From: Bacteriovoracia bacterium
GTDB taxonomy: Bacteria; Bdellovibrionota; UBA1018; JBFWNL01
Assembly (NCBI GenBank): GCA_050251055.1
Contig: JBFWNL010000006.1
Span: 208,528 to 272,527, forward strand
Reading direction: 5' to 3'
Length of the DNA: 64,000 nucleotides
Shown: piece after piece, positions 8,499-16,777 of the stretch
Layout: every line of letters begins with the position of its first letter
How positions within the stretch are numbered: position 1 is the first letter of the stretch
Program-made: the position numbers and the translations under genes
The notes under the pieces: generated by a model
Told to the model about the DNA's origin: nothing
What the model saw: only the letters and a program-made list of their open reading frames with translations
The model's database searches: none

Positions 8499-8602
8499 GG
8501 AACCGGCCGCCGGGGCAAATATGGGAAACTTTCGGCGGCCGGTTCCTCGCTGGGCAAACGAATCAAAGTTCGGGTGACGCAATCCTATTTTGGGTTGCGA
8601 CC
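8499..8602. other. Structured intergenic region (two to three hairpins)
   Basis: 14-bp perfect stem GGAACCGGCCGCCG/CGGCGGCCGGTTCC (8499-8546) and a second stem 8573-8602. Confidence 0.6.
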
Positions 8603-8606
8603 TCGG

Positions 8607-8921
8607 TTATCGTTCGACTGAATTCGAGCTACCCACTGGGCGGGTGGCCTCGGGGACTAGGTACACCCGACATCCGTAAATTTTGTAAGTACCCACGTAT
8701 TCATCTTGGTAGGCGGCACAGAATTCCCACGTAGGCTTTGAGCCATCGGAAGGCCCGCAGAACGTGAACGCTTGGTTGCTGTTGTTGCCGTCGTCATGGC
8801 CTGCGCAGCGGCACCGCCACGAGCCTTCGCATTGGGCGGGCGCGGCTGCAAGCGCGTCGATAGTGACGCCTAAGTTCGAAACCGCCAGCCCCAATAAAAA
8901 CATGAATTTTACGCCTCTCAT
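8607..8921 (-). CDS. Small secreted Cys-rich protein
   Basis: Signal peptide (..DALA); six Cys in the mature part (CEGSWRCRC...FC...FC...GC); SD GGAGG. Confidence 0.65.
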   Translation of the reverse strand: MRGVKFMFLLGLAVSNLGVTIDALAAAPAQCEGSWRCRCAGHDDGNNSNQAFTFCGPSDGSKPTWEFCAAYQDEYVGTYKIYGCRVYLVPEATRPVGSSNSVER

Positions 8922-8960
8922 CTACTTCCCCTCCCAGGTGCTTTGTTTTGGTACCTGTTC

Positions 8961-8989
8961 AGTATGTGGTGCATTGCGTTATTAATCAA
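8961..8989 (-). promoter_or_regulatory. sigma70-type promoter of cassette 2
   Basis: Minus strand TTGATT-17bp-CATACT, with TGCTTACT 5 bp upstream of the -35. Confidence 0.6.
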
Positions 8990-8993
8990 TTTT

Positions 8994-9096
8994 TAGTAAG
9001 CAGTAACTAATAAAATTAATAAAAATTCTTTTATTTTAATATAGTTATAAATATAAACTTAATTAATTTAATTTATTAATAAATTTATAGTAAGCA
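8994..9096. repeat. TAGTAAGCA direct repeat pair in AT-rich spacer (putative operators)
   Basis: Identical 9-mers at 8994 and 9088, 94 bp apart. A third copy (reverse complement TGCTTACT) is at 10053. Confidence 0.65.
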
Positions 9097-9157
9097 TTTA
9101 GGGTTGATTTTACTCGACGCAGCACGGGCTCCACGTCACAATCATTTATAAGGAGAA

Positions 9158-10018
9158 ATGACGATGCGTCCGGAGATTCGCGAGTACCACGACTACCGAG
9201 CGTTTCTAAAAGATTGGCTGGCCTATAAACGGAATTCGGGCCCGCGCTTTAGCTACCGCGCGGTCTCCAAGCGCGCCAAGCTTTCTTCGGGTTACCTGAC
9301 GTTGGTTTTGAAGGGGCAGCGACGCATCAGCGAAGAGGCGCTCGAGCAGCTCATGCCTCATCTAGGCTTGGTCGAAGGCCAAGTTTCTTATCTCCGAAAT
9401 CTACGAAACATGGCGGAAGCCAACGATCTGGAACATAAGACGAATGCCTTGCAGAAGCTTCGTCGGTATCGGGTGTACCAAGAGCTGAATCCGAAAGAGT
9501 ACGAAACCTTCCATTATTTCAGCCATTGGCATCTGATCGTCATTCGCGAAATGGTCACGATGCCTGAATTTAGGCTGGATCCGGAGTGGATTCGCCAGCG
9601 CCTTCGCCGCAAGGTCAGCTTGCAGGTCATTCGCCAAGCCCTGCAGTGGCTGCGCGATCATCAATTCATCGTCGTCGCCTCCGACGGCAAGGCCAGCTTC
9701 CCTGAAAGTCAGCAGATTACCTGCTCGGACACCGTGTTCCGTATCGCGCTTTCGGAATATCATCGGCAAATGCTGGGTATGTCGGTCGACGCCATCGAAG
9801 AGGTGCCGCGTGAGCAGCGAAACGTGCTGGGCTACACCATCGGCATGAATCAAGAGACGTTCTTGAAGGTGAAGGAACTGATGGACCGCACGATGAAGGA
9901 AGTCTGGGATCTGGCGCGGGCGGGCGCGGGACGGGATTCGGTTTATCACGTGGGGTTCGTGGCTTTTCCGCTGCTGGAGGCCCCGGCGTCGCCTGAGGAA
10001 AGTGACGAGTCTTCATAG
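9158..10018 (+). CDS. TIGR02147 family protein (HTH + DUF4423), copy 2
   Basis: IREYHDYRAFLKDWL, FSYRAVSKRAKLSSGYLTLVLKGQRRIS, YFSHWHLIVIREM, EYHRQML, VYHVGFVAFP; colinear paralog of 1367..2230. Confidence 0.9.
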   Translation: MTMRPEIREYHDYRAFLKDWLAYKRNSGPRFSYRAVSKRAKLSSGYLTLVLKGQRRISEEALEQLMPHLGLVEGQVSYLRNLRNMAEANDLEHKTNALQKLRRYRVYQELNPKEYETFHYFSHWHLIVIREMVTMPEFRLDPEWIRQRLRRKVSLQVIRQALQWLRDHQFIVVASDGKASFPESQQITCSDTVFRIALSEYHRQMLGMSVDAIEEVPREQRNVLGYTIGMNQETFLKVKELMDRTMKEVWDLARAGAGRDSVYHVGFVAFPLLEAPASPEESDESS

Positions 10019-10024
10019 TTTCTA

Positions 10025-10095
10025 TAAGTAATTGATATTATTATTAAAAAAGTGCTTACTGGTGCATTGCTACGGGTTTTTCTTATTAGTATACT
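10025..10095 (+). promoter_or_regulatory. Promoter of lipoprotein 2 with IHF-like site and TGCTTACT box
   Basis: TTGCTA(10067)-17bp-TATACT(10090). TGCTTACT at 10053-10060. Reverse strand TATCAA-TTAC-TTA at 10025-10037 matches the IHF consensus WATCAANNNNTTR. Confidence 0.65.
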
Positions 10096-10128
10096 AATAT
10101 TATCAACAATTAAGGGTAGGGGCTTTCC

Positions 10129-10743
10129 ATGCAAATGAAGTTTTTAGCGATCCTTGCGCTCGCGCTGGCGTTTTCAGGCTGCAGCCAAGTGAGCATCAGT
10201 GGAGGTTCGGGCGGCGGAACCGCGGGCGGCAATCCCCTCACGAAGGATGTCGATCTGCGCTTTGATCCGTACTCTTCGGGAGCGGGTCCTCTCGGGTTTT
10301 CGTTTTGCGTGGAGGGCGTCGCCTTAATCGAAAGTGTGGACGAAGCCTTGCTGGTCGAGTCCGCGCTGGCGGAGCCGGCCTGGGTGAACTTCAATTCATC
10401 CGGCACGCAGATCGCGCGCTTCGAGCTTCGCTACGGTTTCTACTCCGGTCTACTGCTAAAGGTGAATCCCATCTGTGGCGAGACCGCCTTGTCGGCGTCG
10501 ATTAAGAACCGCCGTGCATCGATTGAAACGCGTGACGAGCTAGTGTTCTCCTTTCGTGGCGATTTTGAAATCAACGCCGACTCGGCCACTTTGGATCTCG
10601 CGCACAAAGATATGTTGGAGAGATTCCGCCAGGCAAACAGTGCCAAGGTTTTCCAGGAGGTCTCCGCGCTTTCCGGGAGTGTCGTCGTCAATCGGCAGCA
10701 CGGTGACACCCCCGCTTCTAACGTCGAGGCTTCTGGCATCTGA
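10129..10743 (+). CDS. Lipoprotein partner of TIGR02147 regulator, copy 2 (GGGTAGGNP motif)
   Basis: Lipobox AFSG-C, Gly-rich linker, GNP...RFDPY; paralog of 477..1286. Confidence 0.8.
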   Translation: MQMKFLAILALALAFSGCSQVSISGGSGGGTAGGNPLTKDVDLRFDPYSSGAGPLGFSFCVEGVALIESVDEALLVESALAEPAWVNFNSSGTQIARFELRYGFYSGLLLKVNPICGETALSASIKNRRASIETRDELVFSFRGDFEINADSATLDLAHKDMLERFRQANSAKVFQEVSALSGSVVVNRQHGDTPASNVEASGI

Positions 10744-10746
10744 CCG

Positions 10747-11682
10747 TCAGTCGGCTTTGGTCGCCGCCGTGCCCGGAGAAACTCCGATTTCGTTCGATAC
10801 CAATTCATCGCGCCCTTCCAGGGTGAGACGGCGATTTTTTGATACTTGGTCCGCGACCTTTGCATCTACCATGCTCGTGCCCCCAAGGGTGGCTTCTATG
10901 TTGCGGAGGTACGGAGCTGGATTCGGTAGCAGAATTTTCGTTTGCATGAACTTCTCCTGTTCGGCCTGGATAAAGGCTAAGATTTCCTCCTGGGATGCGA
11001 CAATGCATTTATTCTTGCTTAAGAATGGAACCACGCGGAAGGTGCCGTCACCCTCGATGATCAGCATGGACGCGGGAATGGCTGCCACGGCCGCGACTTC
11101 GTCGCGGCGATCGGCCACGGTAACGGCAATCTCCTTGATTTTTAATGTATCAAATAAGAATTCCCGTTGGGATGGCGCATCTTTTAGTGCACTAAGCGCG
11201 GTATCCAGGGCTTGCCACTGCCGAGTTGCGCAAGGTACGGAGGCTTCTTGGTCCAAATACGATTCTACCCGTAAGGTACCGACCGGCTCATAAAGGTTAA
11301 CTGGCCAAACCCGACCGCTAAGCCGGGGAGGGGAGATCGACTTCCTTAAGGCAGCGTTGAACTTAACGTTTGCGGCTGCGCGCTTTGCGTCTGCTTCTGT
11401 TTGGAAATAAAAATTTTCGTCGCGTACGAGTTCCCCTTCTACTTTTATCCCGTAGTAATTCACGTACAGCTTTACCCGAGATGTCTGCAGCGAGATTTCT
11501 CGTCCGTCGTAACGAGCCGTTCCGCCCAGCTCGCTTACGGGTATTGGATTCGGGTACTTCCATCGTCGGATCGCTTCCTGAAATGGTTGACTATGATTTT
11601 CCGTATGCGGTGGTAGGTCGTCCGCGGCCACCCAGGGGGCGACCAAAAGTACAGGGATGGCTAGAAGATGGGTAAATCGCAT
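10747..11682 (-). CDS. Secreted hypothetical protein, tandem paralog B
   Basis: SD GGAGG before ATG 11682; signal peptide MRFTHLLAIPVLLVAPWVAA; shares motifs with 11740..12696. Confidence 0.7.
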   Translation of the reverse strand: MRFTHLLAIPVLLVAPWVAADDLPPHTENHSQPFQEAIRRWKYPNPIPVSELGGTARYDGREISLQTSRVKLYVNYYGIKVEGELVRDENFYFQTEADAKRAAANVKFNAALRKSISPPRLSGRVWPVNLYEPVGTLRVESYLDQEASVPCATRQWQALDTALSALKDAPSQREFLFDTLKIKEIAVTVADRRDEVAAVAAIPASMLIIEGDGTFRVVPFLSKNKCIVASQEEILAFIQAEQEKFMQTKILLPNPAPYLRNIEATLGGTSMVDAKVADQVSKNRRLTLEGRDELVSNEIGVSPGTAATKAD

Positions 11683-11739
11683 TTTTCCTCCAATATTTTG
11701 GGTAGGTTTTAGATGACGTGACAAATGACTCTTGGGTTA

Positions 11740-12696
11740 TTAATCCGCCGAAGCGGCTTGTTTGAATCGGGGGTTTGGCTTGCTTGACCGACGGGCACGA
11801 TCGTCACCATCGGACGGCTCCGAACTACCCGCCTTCGTCTGTTGGTCCGCGACCCGTGGTTTAAGCGACCTGGATTCGCCGAGCATATCTTCGATGTTGC
11901 GCAGGCAATCCAGCGTGCCCAACAGGGAATCGTTGGGGTTACAGAGTTCGGCTTCTTCCTGGATGAGGAAAGTCAGGAGATCTTCCTTGCTCACGACGGC
12001 GCAGCCGTCTTCATTCAAATAGGGCGAGAAATGAAGCGTTCTCAGCATATCGGTAACTAGGGAAGGCCTCGGTTTCAGGCGGGAGCGAGGGTCGACATTT
12101 CGTTCGTCGACGACGGTTACTTCGATCTTTTCGATCGCCATCGTGTCGAACAGCAGCGCCTGCTGGCGGGGCATGCTTTTGATGTCCGATAGCGCCGCTT
12201 CCACTACCTTCCACTGTTTGGTCGCACAGGGAAGCACTTCTTCTTGATTCAAGTATTGGCGGTAGACAGCTGTCTTCTGTGGTGTAGGCAATCTATAGAC
12301 TTCGAGTGCGTAACCTTCCGGAACCGACCGAGGATGCAGATCGCGCAGGCTAAGATTTGCCTCCGCTTCCGTTCGGTATAATGGTGCGTTAGGCAACGGA
12401 AGAGTTTCATCTACATAGAAACGCGGATGGCCCAGGTAGCTAACCACGCGCTTCCGACTAAATTGAAGCGAGTAGCTTTTGTACTCGAAATCTAAGTGAC
12501 TTGTCTTGAGTTCGATGCTGCGGTTTCCGTAAGGAATCGTTCGGTCGAGCTCATAAGTGGGAATGTCCCGATTTTTTGACCGGAGCTTTTCTAAAAAAAT
12601 ATCGTTCGTGTTGGCCATTCGAGTTGTGAATGGATTGGCGAAACCAAGACTGCTTACCAGCAGGATAGAAGGCGCAGCAAAGTAGGGAAAACGCAT
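11740..12696 (-). CDS. Secreted hypothetical protein, tandem paralog A
   Basis: SD AAGGAG before ATG 12696; signal peptide MRFPYFAAPSILLVSSLGFA; motifs YLNQE..PCATKQW, LFDT, LRNIE..LG and VADQ are shared with its neighbour. Confidence 0.7.
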   Translation of the reverse strand: MRFPYFAAPSILLVSSLGFANPFTTRMANTNDIFLEKLRSKNRDIPTYELDRTIPYGNRSIELKTSHLDFEYKSYSLQFSRKRVVSYLGHPRFYVDETLPLPNAPLYRTEAEANLSLRDLHPRSVPEGYALEVYRLPTPQKTAVYRQYLNQEEVLPCATKQWKVVEAALSDIKSMPRQQALLFDTMAIEKIEVTVVDERNVDPRSRLKPRPSLVTDMLRTLHFSPYLNEDGCAVVSKEDLLTFLIQEEAELCNPNDSLLGTLDCLRNIEDMLGESRSLKPRVADQQTKAGSSEPSDGDDRARRSSKPNPRFKQAASAD

Positions 12697-12744
12697 AACT
12701 TCTCCTTGGGAAGACGTTTCCATATTTGCCGTACGACTAAGAAA

Positions 12745-12760
12745 TGCAATTCCTTGGCCA
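12745..12760 (-). promoter_or_regulatory. sigma54 (-24/-12) promoter
   Basis: Minus strand TGGC-CAAGGAA-TTGCA with canonical spacing, ~50 nt upstream of ATG 12696. Confidence 0.65.
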
Positions 12761-12881
12761 CTGTCGGAGAAAGAGATATCGCGTGCTGGCGCCCTGGGTC
12801 CCTGGATTTGGGCGTGGAGGCATGATCAGCTGTCGATTTGTTCGACGCGCGCTTACTGCAAAATCCAAGTAAGCAGCGGAC

Positions 12882-14033
12882 TCAGCCGAATAGATTTTTC
12901 ATGCGCTCGAAAAAGCCATGATGTTTCGGATGCGTGGCCTGCGCCTGGATCGCGTCGAAACGCTTGAGCAGGTCTTTCTGCTCGGCGTTCATCCGTGCCG
13001 GGGTTTCGATCACGACCTGTACGAGCTGATCGCCGCGGCCGTACGAACCCAAGCGAGGCAGGCCCTTGCCCTTGAGGCGGAAAACCTTGTGGGATTGCGT
13101 ACCGGAGGGCACCGTCATCTCCACTTTGCCCTGCAGGGTGGGGACTTCGAGCTCGGTGCCCAAGGCCGCTTGCGCGAAGGTGATGGGAATTTCGCAAATG
13201 ACGTCGAAGTCCTCGCGTCGGAAAAATTCATGCTCTAAAACATTGATGACGACGTAAAGGTCGCCCGGAGGTCCGCCGCGCTCGCCCGCTTCGCCTTCGC
13301 CGGTGAGCTTCAGGCGCTGGCCGGTGTCAACGCCGGCGGGAATCTTCACTTCGATCTGGCTCTTTTTCTTCTTGTGACCCGTGCCCGCGCAGCTTCCGCA
13401 CGGATTTTTGATCACCTGGCCTTCGCCCTTACAAGCGGGACAAGGCCGGCTGATGGCGAAGAAGCCTTGCTGGAAAGTGACTTCGCCGCGTCCGCCGCAC
13501 TGGCCGCAATCTTCCGGCGACGTTCCGGCCTTCGCGCCCGAGCCGTGGCAGGTGTCGCAAGGCACGGATTTTTGAATGGAGATAACCTTGTCGACGCCAA
13601 AGGCGGCTTCGTTGAAGGTGATGTCGGCCGAGGTGCGTAGATCCGCGCCCGGTCGGCCCACGCTGCGCCGGCGTCCGCCACGTCCGCGCGCTTGTCCGCC
13701 TCCGAAAATATCGCCAAAGATGTCGCCAAAAATATCGTTGAAGTTCGCTCCGCCGAACCCGCCGCCGAAGTCGAACCCGCCCGGCCCGCCGCCCGCCGCC
13801 CCCGCCATGCCGGCGTGCCCGAACTGATCATACATCTGCCGTTTCTTGGGGTCGGTGAGAACGTCGTAGGCCTCGGAGGCCTCCTTGAACTTCTCTTCGG
13901 CCGCCTTGTTGCCCGGGTTTTTGTCGGGATGGAATTGGATGGCGAGCTTCCGGTAAGCTTTCTTGAGCTCGTCTTCCCCGGCGCCTTTGGCGACGCCGAG
14001 GACTTCGTAATAGTCCCGTTTACCGGAAGCCAT
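12882..14033 (-). CDS. dnaJ: Chaperone DnaJ
   Basis: J domain with HPD, G/F region, four CxxCxGxG repeats. Confidence 0.98.
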   Translation of the reverse strand: MASGKRDYYEVLGVAKGAGEDELKKAYRKLAIQFHPDKNPGNKAAEEKFKEASEAYDVLTDPKKRQMYDQFGHAGMAGAAGGGPGGFDFGGGFGGANFNDIFGDIFGDIFGGGQARGRGGRRRSVGRPGADLRTSADITFNEAAFGVDKVISIQKSVPCDTCHGSGAKAGTSPEDCGQCGGRGEVTFQQGFFAISRPCPACKGEGQVIKNPCGSCAGTGHKKKKSQIEVKIPAGVDTGQRLKLTGEGEAGERGGPPGDLYVVINVLEHEFFRREDFDVICEIPITFAQAALGTELEVPTLQGKVEMTVPSGTQSHKVFRLKGKGLPRLGSYGRGDQLVQVVIETPARMNAEQKDLLKRFDAIQAQATHPKHHGFFERMKNLFG

Positions 14034-14045
14034 GCACTTCCTTTA

Positions 14046-16004
14046 TTAGACTTCTTTGTAGTCGGCGTCGATCACGTCGTCGCCCGCTTTACCCGACTTG
14101 CCGCCCGCGGCTTCCTGTTGGGTTTCTCCGGAGCCGGAAGCCCCGTTGCCGTGCGCGTGGCCGTTCGTGTCCGGACCACCCGCCGCGCCATTCGCGCCCG
14201 CGGTCTTGTAGATCTGCTCGGCCATCTTGTTCGAAGCCTTGGAGAGCTCTTCCGTGGCTTTCTTCAGCTCTTCCACGTCCTTGCTTTCCAGGTGCTTCTT
14301 CGCTTCGACCAGGGCGGCTTCGATCTGCGTCTTGTCTTCCGCCGAGATCTTGTCGCCGTTGTCCTTGATGGTCTTCTCGATCGTGTAGATCAGGCCGTCG
14401 AGCGTATTGCGGGCATCGACCACTTTCTTGCGGTTCTCGTCTTCCGACTTGTGCTCTTCCGCTTCACGCTGCATGCGCTTGATCTCTTCTTCCGAAAGAC
14501 CGCCCGCCGCGGTGATGCGGATGGATTGCTCCTTGCCCGTACCCATGTCTTTCGCGCCGACGTTCACGAGCCCGTTCGCGTCGATGTCGAAGGTCACTTC
14601 CACTTGCGGCACGCCACGGGGGGCGGGCGGCAGGCCGACGAGGTCGAAGCGGCCAAGCGACTTGTTGTGCTCGGCGAACTCGCGCTCGCCCTGCAGTACG
14701 TGGATGGTCACGGCCGTTTGGTTATCGGCCGCGGTGGAGAACACCTGCGACTTTTTGGTCGGGATGGTGGTGTTCTTTTCGATGAGCTTGGTGAACACGC
14801 CGCCCAGGGTTTCGATACCCAACGACAGCGGGGTAACGTCCAGCAGCAGCACGTCTTTCACGTCGCCTTGGAGCACGCCGCCTTGGATGGCCGCGCCGAC
14901 CGCGACGACTTCGTCGGGGTTCACGCCCTTGTGGGGTTCCTTGCCGAAGATTTCCTTCACCTTGGCTTGCACGCGAGGCATGCGGGTCATGCCGCCGACC
15001 AAGATGACTTCGTCGATCTGGTCCTTGCGGATGCCGGCGTCCTTCAGCGCGGTTTCGCACGGAGGAACGAGCTTGTCGATGAGGTCAGCGACGATGGCTT
15101 CCAGCTTCGCGCGGGTGAGCCGCAGGTTCAGGTGCTTGGGGCCCGAGGCGTCGGCGGTGATGAACGGGAGGTTGATCTCCGTTTCGTTCAAGGTCGACAG
15201 CTCGTGCTTGGCTTTTTCGGCGGCTTCTTTCAGGCGCTGCAAAGCCATTTTGTCTTTACGGAGGTCGATGCTGTTCTCTTTTTTGAACTCGTCGGCGATC
15301 CAATCCATAATGCGCTGGTCGAAGTTACCACCGCCCAGGAACGTGTCGCCGTTAGTGGCTTTTACTTCGAATACGCCGTCGCCCATCTCGAGCACGGAGA
15401 CGTCGAAGGTACCGCCGCCCAAGTCGAAGACCGCGATCTTCGCGTCTTTGCCTTTTTTATCCAGGCCGTAAGCAAGTGCCGCGGCCGTGGGCTCGTTAAT
15501 GATGCGCTTTACTTCGAGGCCCGCGATGCGGCCGGCGTCCTTGGTCGCCTGGCGTTGGGCGTCGTTAAAATATGCGGGTACGGTGACCACGGCTTCGGTG
15601 ACGGGTTCACCTAAGTAATCTTCCGCGGTCTGCTTCATCTTTTGCAGAACCATGGCCGAGATTTCTTCCGGGGAGTAGTCCTTGCCGCCGCCTTGCACCC
15701 AGGCGTCGCCGTTTTTCGAGGCGACGAGGTTGAACGGGGCGACGCGCTTGAATTCTTCGACTTCCTTGGAGTTGACTTTGCGGCCGATGAGGCGCTTCAC
15801 TTCGAAGAAAGTTTTATCGGGATTGGTCACGCCTTGGCGCTTGGCCACCTGCCCAACCAGCTTTTCGCCGTTGTTGTTGAACGCGACGATGGATGGAGTC
15901 GTGTTCGCGCCTTCCGAGTTAGGGATGACTTTTGGTTCGCCGCCTTCCAGCACCGATACGCAAGAGTTCGTGGTTCCCAAGTCGATTCCGATGATTTTTC
16001 CCAT
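14046..16004 (-). CDS. dnaK: Chaperone DnaK (Hsp70)
   Basis: [27 protein letters not shown]-terminal DADYKEV. Confidence 0.99.
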   Translation of the reverse strand: MGKIIGIDLGTTNSCVSVLEGGEPKVIPNSEGANTTPSIVAFNNNGEKLVGQVAKRQGVTNPDKTFFEVKRLIGRKVNSKEVEEFKRVAPFNLVASKNGDAWVQGGGKDYSPEEISAMVLQKMKQTAEDYLGEPVTEAVVTVPAYFNDAQRQATKDAGRIAGLEVKRIINEPTAAALAYGLDKKGKDAKIAVFDLGGGTFDVSVLEMGDGVFEVKATNGDTFLGGGNFDQRIMDWIADEFKKENSIDLRKDKMALQRLKEAAEKAKHELSTLNETEINLPFITADASGPKHLNLRLTRAKLEAIVADLIDKLVPPCETALKDAGIRKDQIDEVILVGGMTRMPRVQAKVKEIFGKEPHKGVNPDEVVAVGAAIQGGVLQGDVKDVLLLDVTPLSLGIETLGGVFTKLIEKNTTIPTKKSQVFSTAADNQTAVTIHVLQGEREFAEHNKSLGRFDLVGLPPAPRGVPQVEVTFDIDANGLVNVGAKDMGTGKEQSIRITAAGGLSEEEIKRMQREAEEHKSEDENRKKVVDARNTLDGLIYTIEKTIKDNGDKISAEDKTQIEAALVEAKKHLESKDVEELKKATEELSKASNKMAEQIYKTAGANGAAGGPDTNGHAHGNGASGSGETQQEAAGGKSGKAGDDVIDADYKEV

Positions 16005-16035
16005 GGCTTTAAACTCCTAATTGTTTCTACTGGTT

Positions 16036-16063
16036 AAGTTGGTAACGAAAAGCTTCCCGTCAA
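16036..16063 (-). promoter_or_regulatory. Putative heat-shock promoter of dnaK
   Basis: TTGAC-N8-TTTCGTT-N2-CA-N2-TT, the same pattern as upstream of grpE. Confidence 0.45.
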
Positions 16064-16080
16064 ATCACGAATCGGGTTTT

Positions 16081-16653
16081 TTATTCGGACTTCGTGGCGG
16101 CAGCCGGACCCATGCTGATGATCACGCGGCCGGGACGTAAAAGGCGATCGTGAATCATATAACCCTTTGATTCTTCACGAGTAATCTCACCTGCGGGCCG
16201 ATCCGAAGGCTCCTGACCCACGGCTTCAAAGAGGTTGGGGTCAAACGGCTTGCCAACGGCGTCCAGGGGCTTCACGCCCCGCTTCTCGAAGGTGGTTTGG
16301 AACTGCTTCAGCACCAAGTTTAGTCCATCCAGCAGCTTTGGATCCGTCTCCGGGGTCGTGTGCGCCAGCGCGCGCTCGAGGTTGTCGACGGTTTGCAAGA
16401 GGTCGCGCGCCACGGGCTCCCAGCCAAACTTCAAGAGATCCGAGCGTTCCTTCACGCTGCGTTTTTTGAAGTTTTCAAAATCCGCGTAGAGATAAAGGTA
16501 CTGATTTTCCTTCTCTTTCAGCTGCTTTTCGAGCTGTTGTTCCCGGGTTTCTTCCGAGCTGGCGGCGGGCGAAGCTTGGCCATTGGCCGCCGCGCTATTG
16601 GGCTTGGCTTCCGTTTCAGGGTTGCTGGAAGTGTTCTCAGGCTGATCGTTCAC
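16081..16653 (-). CDS. grpE: Nucleotide exchange factor GrpE
   Basis: ADFENFKKR, DNLERAL, FDPNLFEAV, KGYMIHDRLLRPGRV; upstream of dnaK. Confidence 0.97.
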   Translation of the reverse strand: MNDQPENTSSNPETEAKPNSAAANGQASPAASSEETREQQLEKQLKEKENQYLYLYADFENFKKRSVKERSDLLKFGWEPVARDLLQTVDNLERALAHTTPETDPKLLDGLNLVLKQFQTTFEKRGVKPLDAVGKPFDPNLFEAVGQEPSDRPAGEITREESKGYMIHDRLLRPGRVIISMGPAAATKSE

Positions 16654-16676
16654 GAAAATCTCCTAAAATGGTCTGC

Positions 16677-16718
16677 TGAGTTGCAAACTCAATATGCGAA
16701 CGAAACCGCTTGAGTCAA
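16677..16718 (-). promoter_or_regulatory. Putative grpE promoter plus inverted-repeat operator
   Basis: TTGAC-N8-TTTCGTT-N2-CA-N2-TT (16691-16718) and the palindrome TGAGTT-GCA-AACTCA (16677-16691). Confidence 0.45.
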
Positions 16719-16777
16719 CCGAAGTCATTACCAGAAGCTCATTGCGTAAATGCAGAGGTTCAACTAGAAGAATTTAC

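Noticed and set aside
477-12723. Accessory region as prophage or transposon
   Set aside because: No integrase, transposase, tRNA or terminal repeats recognised. The inverted symmetry is at the level of diverged paralogs, not DNA repeats.
13692-15614. 640-aa + strand ORF
   Set aside because: Antisense shadow of dnaK/dnaJ, a well-known artefact of codon bias in GC-rich genomes.
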